A stretch of DNA of 64,000 bases from Paragordius varius (lineage: Eukaryota; Animalia; Nematomorpha). The first letter of the stretch is position 1. The number at the start of each line of letters is the position of its first letter. Positions 62,101 through 64,000 of this stretch are shown piece by piece. The notes beneath the pieces were generated by a model that was not told the origin of the DNA, did no database searches, and saw nothing but the letters and a program-made list of their open reading frames with translations. A program made the translations under genes and the position numbers. The stretch is from positions 1,178,001-1,242,000 of the forward strand of contig OZ176060.1 of NCBI GenBank assembly GCA_964247055.1. The letters are read 5' to 3'.

Positions 62101-63847
62101 ATTTTGGGTAATTTGAAAAAGTTTAAGAGAGTTTTTAATGAACGTTTCAAGATCTCGTTTAAAGTAATTAGCTGATGGTTACCATGACAACGCAGACAAC
62201 AGTTGATTTAAGCGCTAAGCCAATACATTAAGCACGGAATCACAGCTGATGGGGTATTTAGTTTACTTAGAATTGAAAAGTTTTAAATAAGTTAATTAAA
62301 GTTTTTAACAAAGTTTTAGAAATGTTTATTAAGAAAGTTTTAAAATTTTGATGTAGTAAAAGGTTTAGAATTAATCAGCTGATGGTTACCACGACAACGC
62401 CGGTAACATTCGATTTGAGCGCCAAAGATGCATTAAGCTGGGGTTTGAGTTGATGTTGGGTTATTTTTTAGAGTTTTAAGTTCTCTAAGAAAGTTCGAGG
62501 AAAAGTTAAGTAAAAAAGTTTTTAGTTTGAAATTAGTCAGCTGATGGTTACCATGGCAACGCAAACAACAGTAGATTTACGCGCCACATAACATTTAAAT
62601 TTAATAAATAAAATTTTTATTTCAATAATTTATTTAGATTGAAACAATGTATAAGAAATTTTATTTTATAACTTCACTTTTATATTTATAATTAAATTAT
62701 ATATTAAATATATATAGAATTTTTAAGCACTTAAATATATATTTATAATTTAATAAATTAATATTACATTTAAATAAAAAATTTAAAAATTTAATAAATA
62801 AAATTTTTATTTCAATTTTATTTCAATTTAGATTGAAACAATGTATAAGAAAGTTCATGAAGCGATCCGTGCTAATCCCGTCCATGAACCCAAACCTAAA
62901 AAGAAATATACCAAGCCTGGCAAAAAGTTTTTTAAATTATTTTTTTTTATTTAATAATATATATTTTTAATATTTAAATTAAATATAAAAATATTTTTTA
63001 ATATCAAGCAAAATGGTTTTAAAATATATCTATTTTAAAATGAATTTTTTTTTAATTAAAAATATTTTAAAAAAAGAAAATTGAAAATTTTTTTTTTTCA
63101 GGTTTAACATTTTATTTCAAATCGTTATTATATTTAATAAATATACTAAAAAGAAGTATAACAAGCCTGGGAAAACGTTAATTCTTTTTTAAATTTAAGT
63201 TTTTTATCTTAAAAAAATATATTTTTTTTTATTCAATATTGATTTAAAATATTTTTATATTTTTTAATATTTTTAAATTAGTATAATAATTATTTTAAAA
63301 TAAAAACAATTTTGGTGTTAAAAAATTTTAAACCTAATAAATTTTTTTCAATTTTTTTATATTAATAAAAATATTTAATTTTAAATATATTTATTTATTT
63401 AAATTAAATTTAAAAATCTTTTATTATTTAAATAATTTTTTTGTTAATTTTAAATAATATTTATGTTAGCCTGGAAAAAAGTTACTTTTTTTAAAATATA
63501 TATTTATTATTATTTATATTTTTAATAAGTTTGATAATTATTAATATTTTAAAAAAAATTAAACCTGAAAATGGTTTTTTTATAAACCTTTTAATTTCAA
63601 AATAAATTTAATATAAAATGTATATAATTATTTTAAAAAAATATGTTTTTTATTTAAAATGGGAAAAAGTTTTTTTTTCTAAATTTTATTTTTAAAAATA
63701 TATATATTTTAATTTTTTTTATTTTAATTTTAAAGGTATCAAAAAGTTAAGTTAACTTTGAAACAAAGGAAAGCGCGCGCAAAAGAAAAACTCGGAATTC
63801 TTAAACTCAAAGCTGGAATTGTTGAGGAATCTAAAATGGAAAATTAA
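59162..63847 (+). CDS. RPL5: Second, tandem copy of RPL5 exons 4-7 (no exons 1-3 of its own); frame and splice sites intact
   Basis: Exons 59162-59373, 60524-60719, 62832-62926, 63736-63847 have the same lengths as the first copy (212/196/95/112). By hand there are 21 synonymous and 2 non-synonymous differences (E>A, F>Y). Status is uncertain: alternative 3' half, second haplotype or young duplicate. Confidence 0.7.
60860..62575 (+). promoter_or_regulatory. Second array of 9 X-box-like motifs in the duplicated RPL5 intron 5
   Basis: Motif starts at 60867, 61037, 61286, 61480, 61700, 61935, 62178, 62385 and 62547. Confidence 0.55.
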
Positions 63848-64000
63848 TAAATAATTTTTTGGAAATTAAATAAATTTAATTAAATTTATTTCATTAATAA
63901 ATTAATAAATATTTATATATTGATAATTAATTGGAAATATATCAGATTAGCTGTTTTTTAAAAAAAAAATTATAAAAAATCTTAAATCAAAGCTGGAATT

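Larger units (their letters stand above)
45430..64000 (+). repeat. ~10.4-kb direct tandem duplication of RPL5 late intron 3 to 3' end (copy 1 ~45430-55860; copy 2 ~55860 to beyond 64000)
   Basis: Both copies show the same order of landmarks: 119-bp repeat, GAGTGTT hairpin block, exon-4 acceptor echoes, exon 4, exon-4 donor echoes, exon 5, X-box array, exon 6, exon 7 and terminal echoes. Confidence 0.9.

Overview
Eukaryotic (metazoan) genomic DNA with extremely AT-rich introns and intergenic sequence and GC-rich exons. It holds two intron-rich genes on the + strand. (1) The 3' part of a fibrillar collagen alpha chain: 24 exons, 523-24198, about 162 uninterrupted Gly-X-Y triplets, a furin-type RTKR site and a COLFI C-propeptide. 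(2) 60S ribosomal protein L5 (RPL5/uL18): 7 exons, 39372-54864, 314 aa, followed by a tandem second copy of exons 4-7 (59162-63847) with intact splice sites and frame. Between the genes lie a ~124-bp repeat, a ~180-bp satellite, two MITE-like families and a ~5-kb duplication that includes the RPL5 promoter and ATG micro-exon. The most unusual feature is that exon ends in both genes are echoed by truncated tandem copies in the flanking introns: acceptor-side copies upstream, donor-side copies downstream. In the better-preserved copies the differences from the real exon are almost all synonymous. The palindrome CAGCTG is also hyper-abundant, including inside coding sequence, and about 20 RFX X-box-like motifs sit in RPL5 intron 5 and its duplicate. 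All coordinates, translations and counts were done by eye. The species cannot be identified from the sequence alone, and haplotype or assembly artefacts cannot be excluded without reads.
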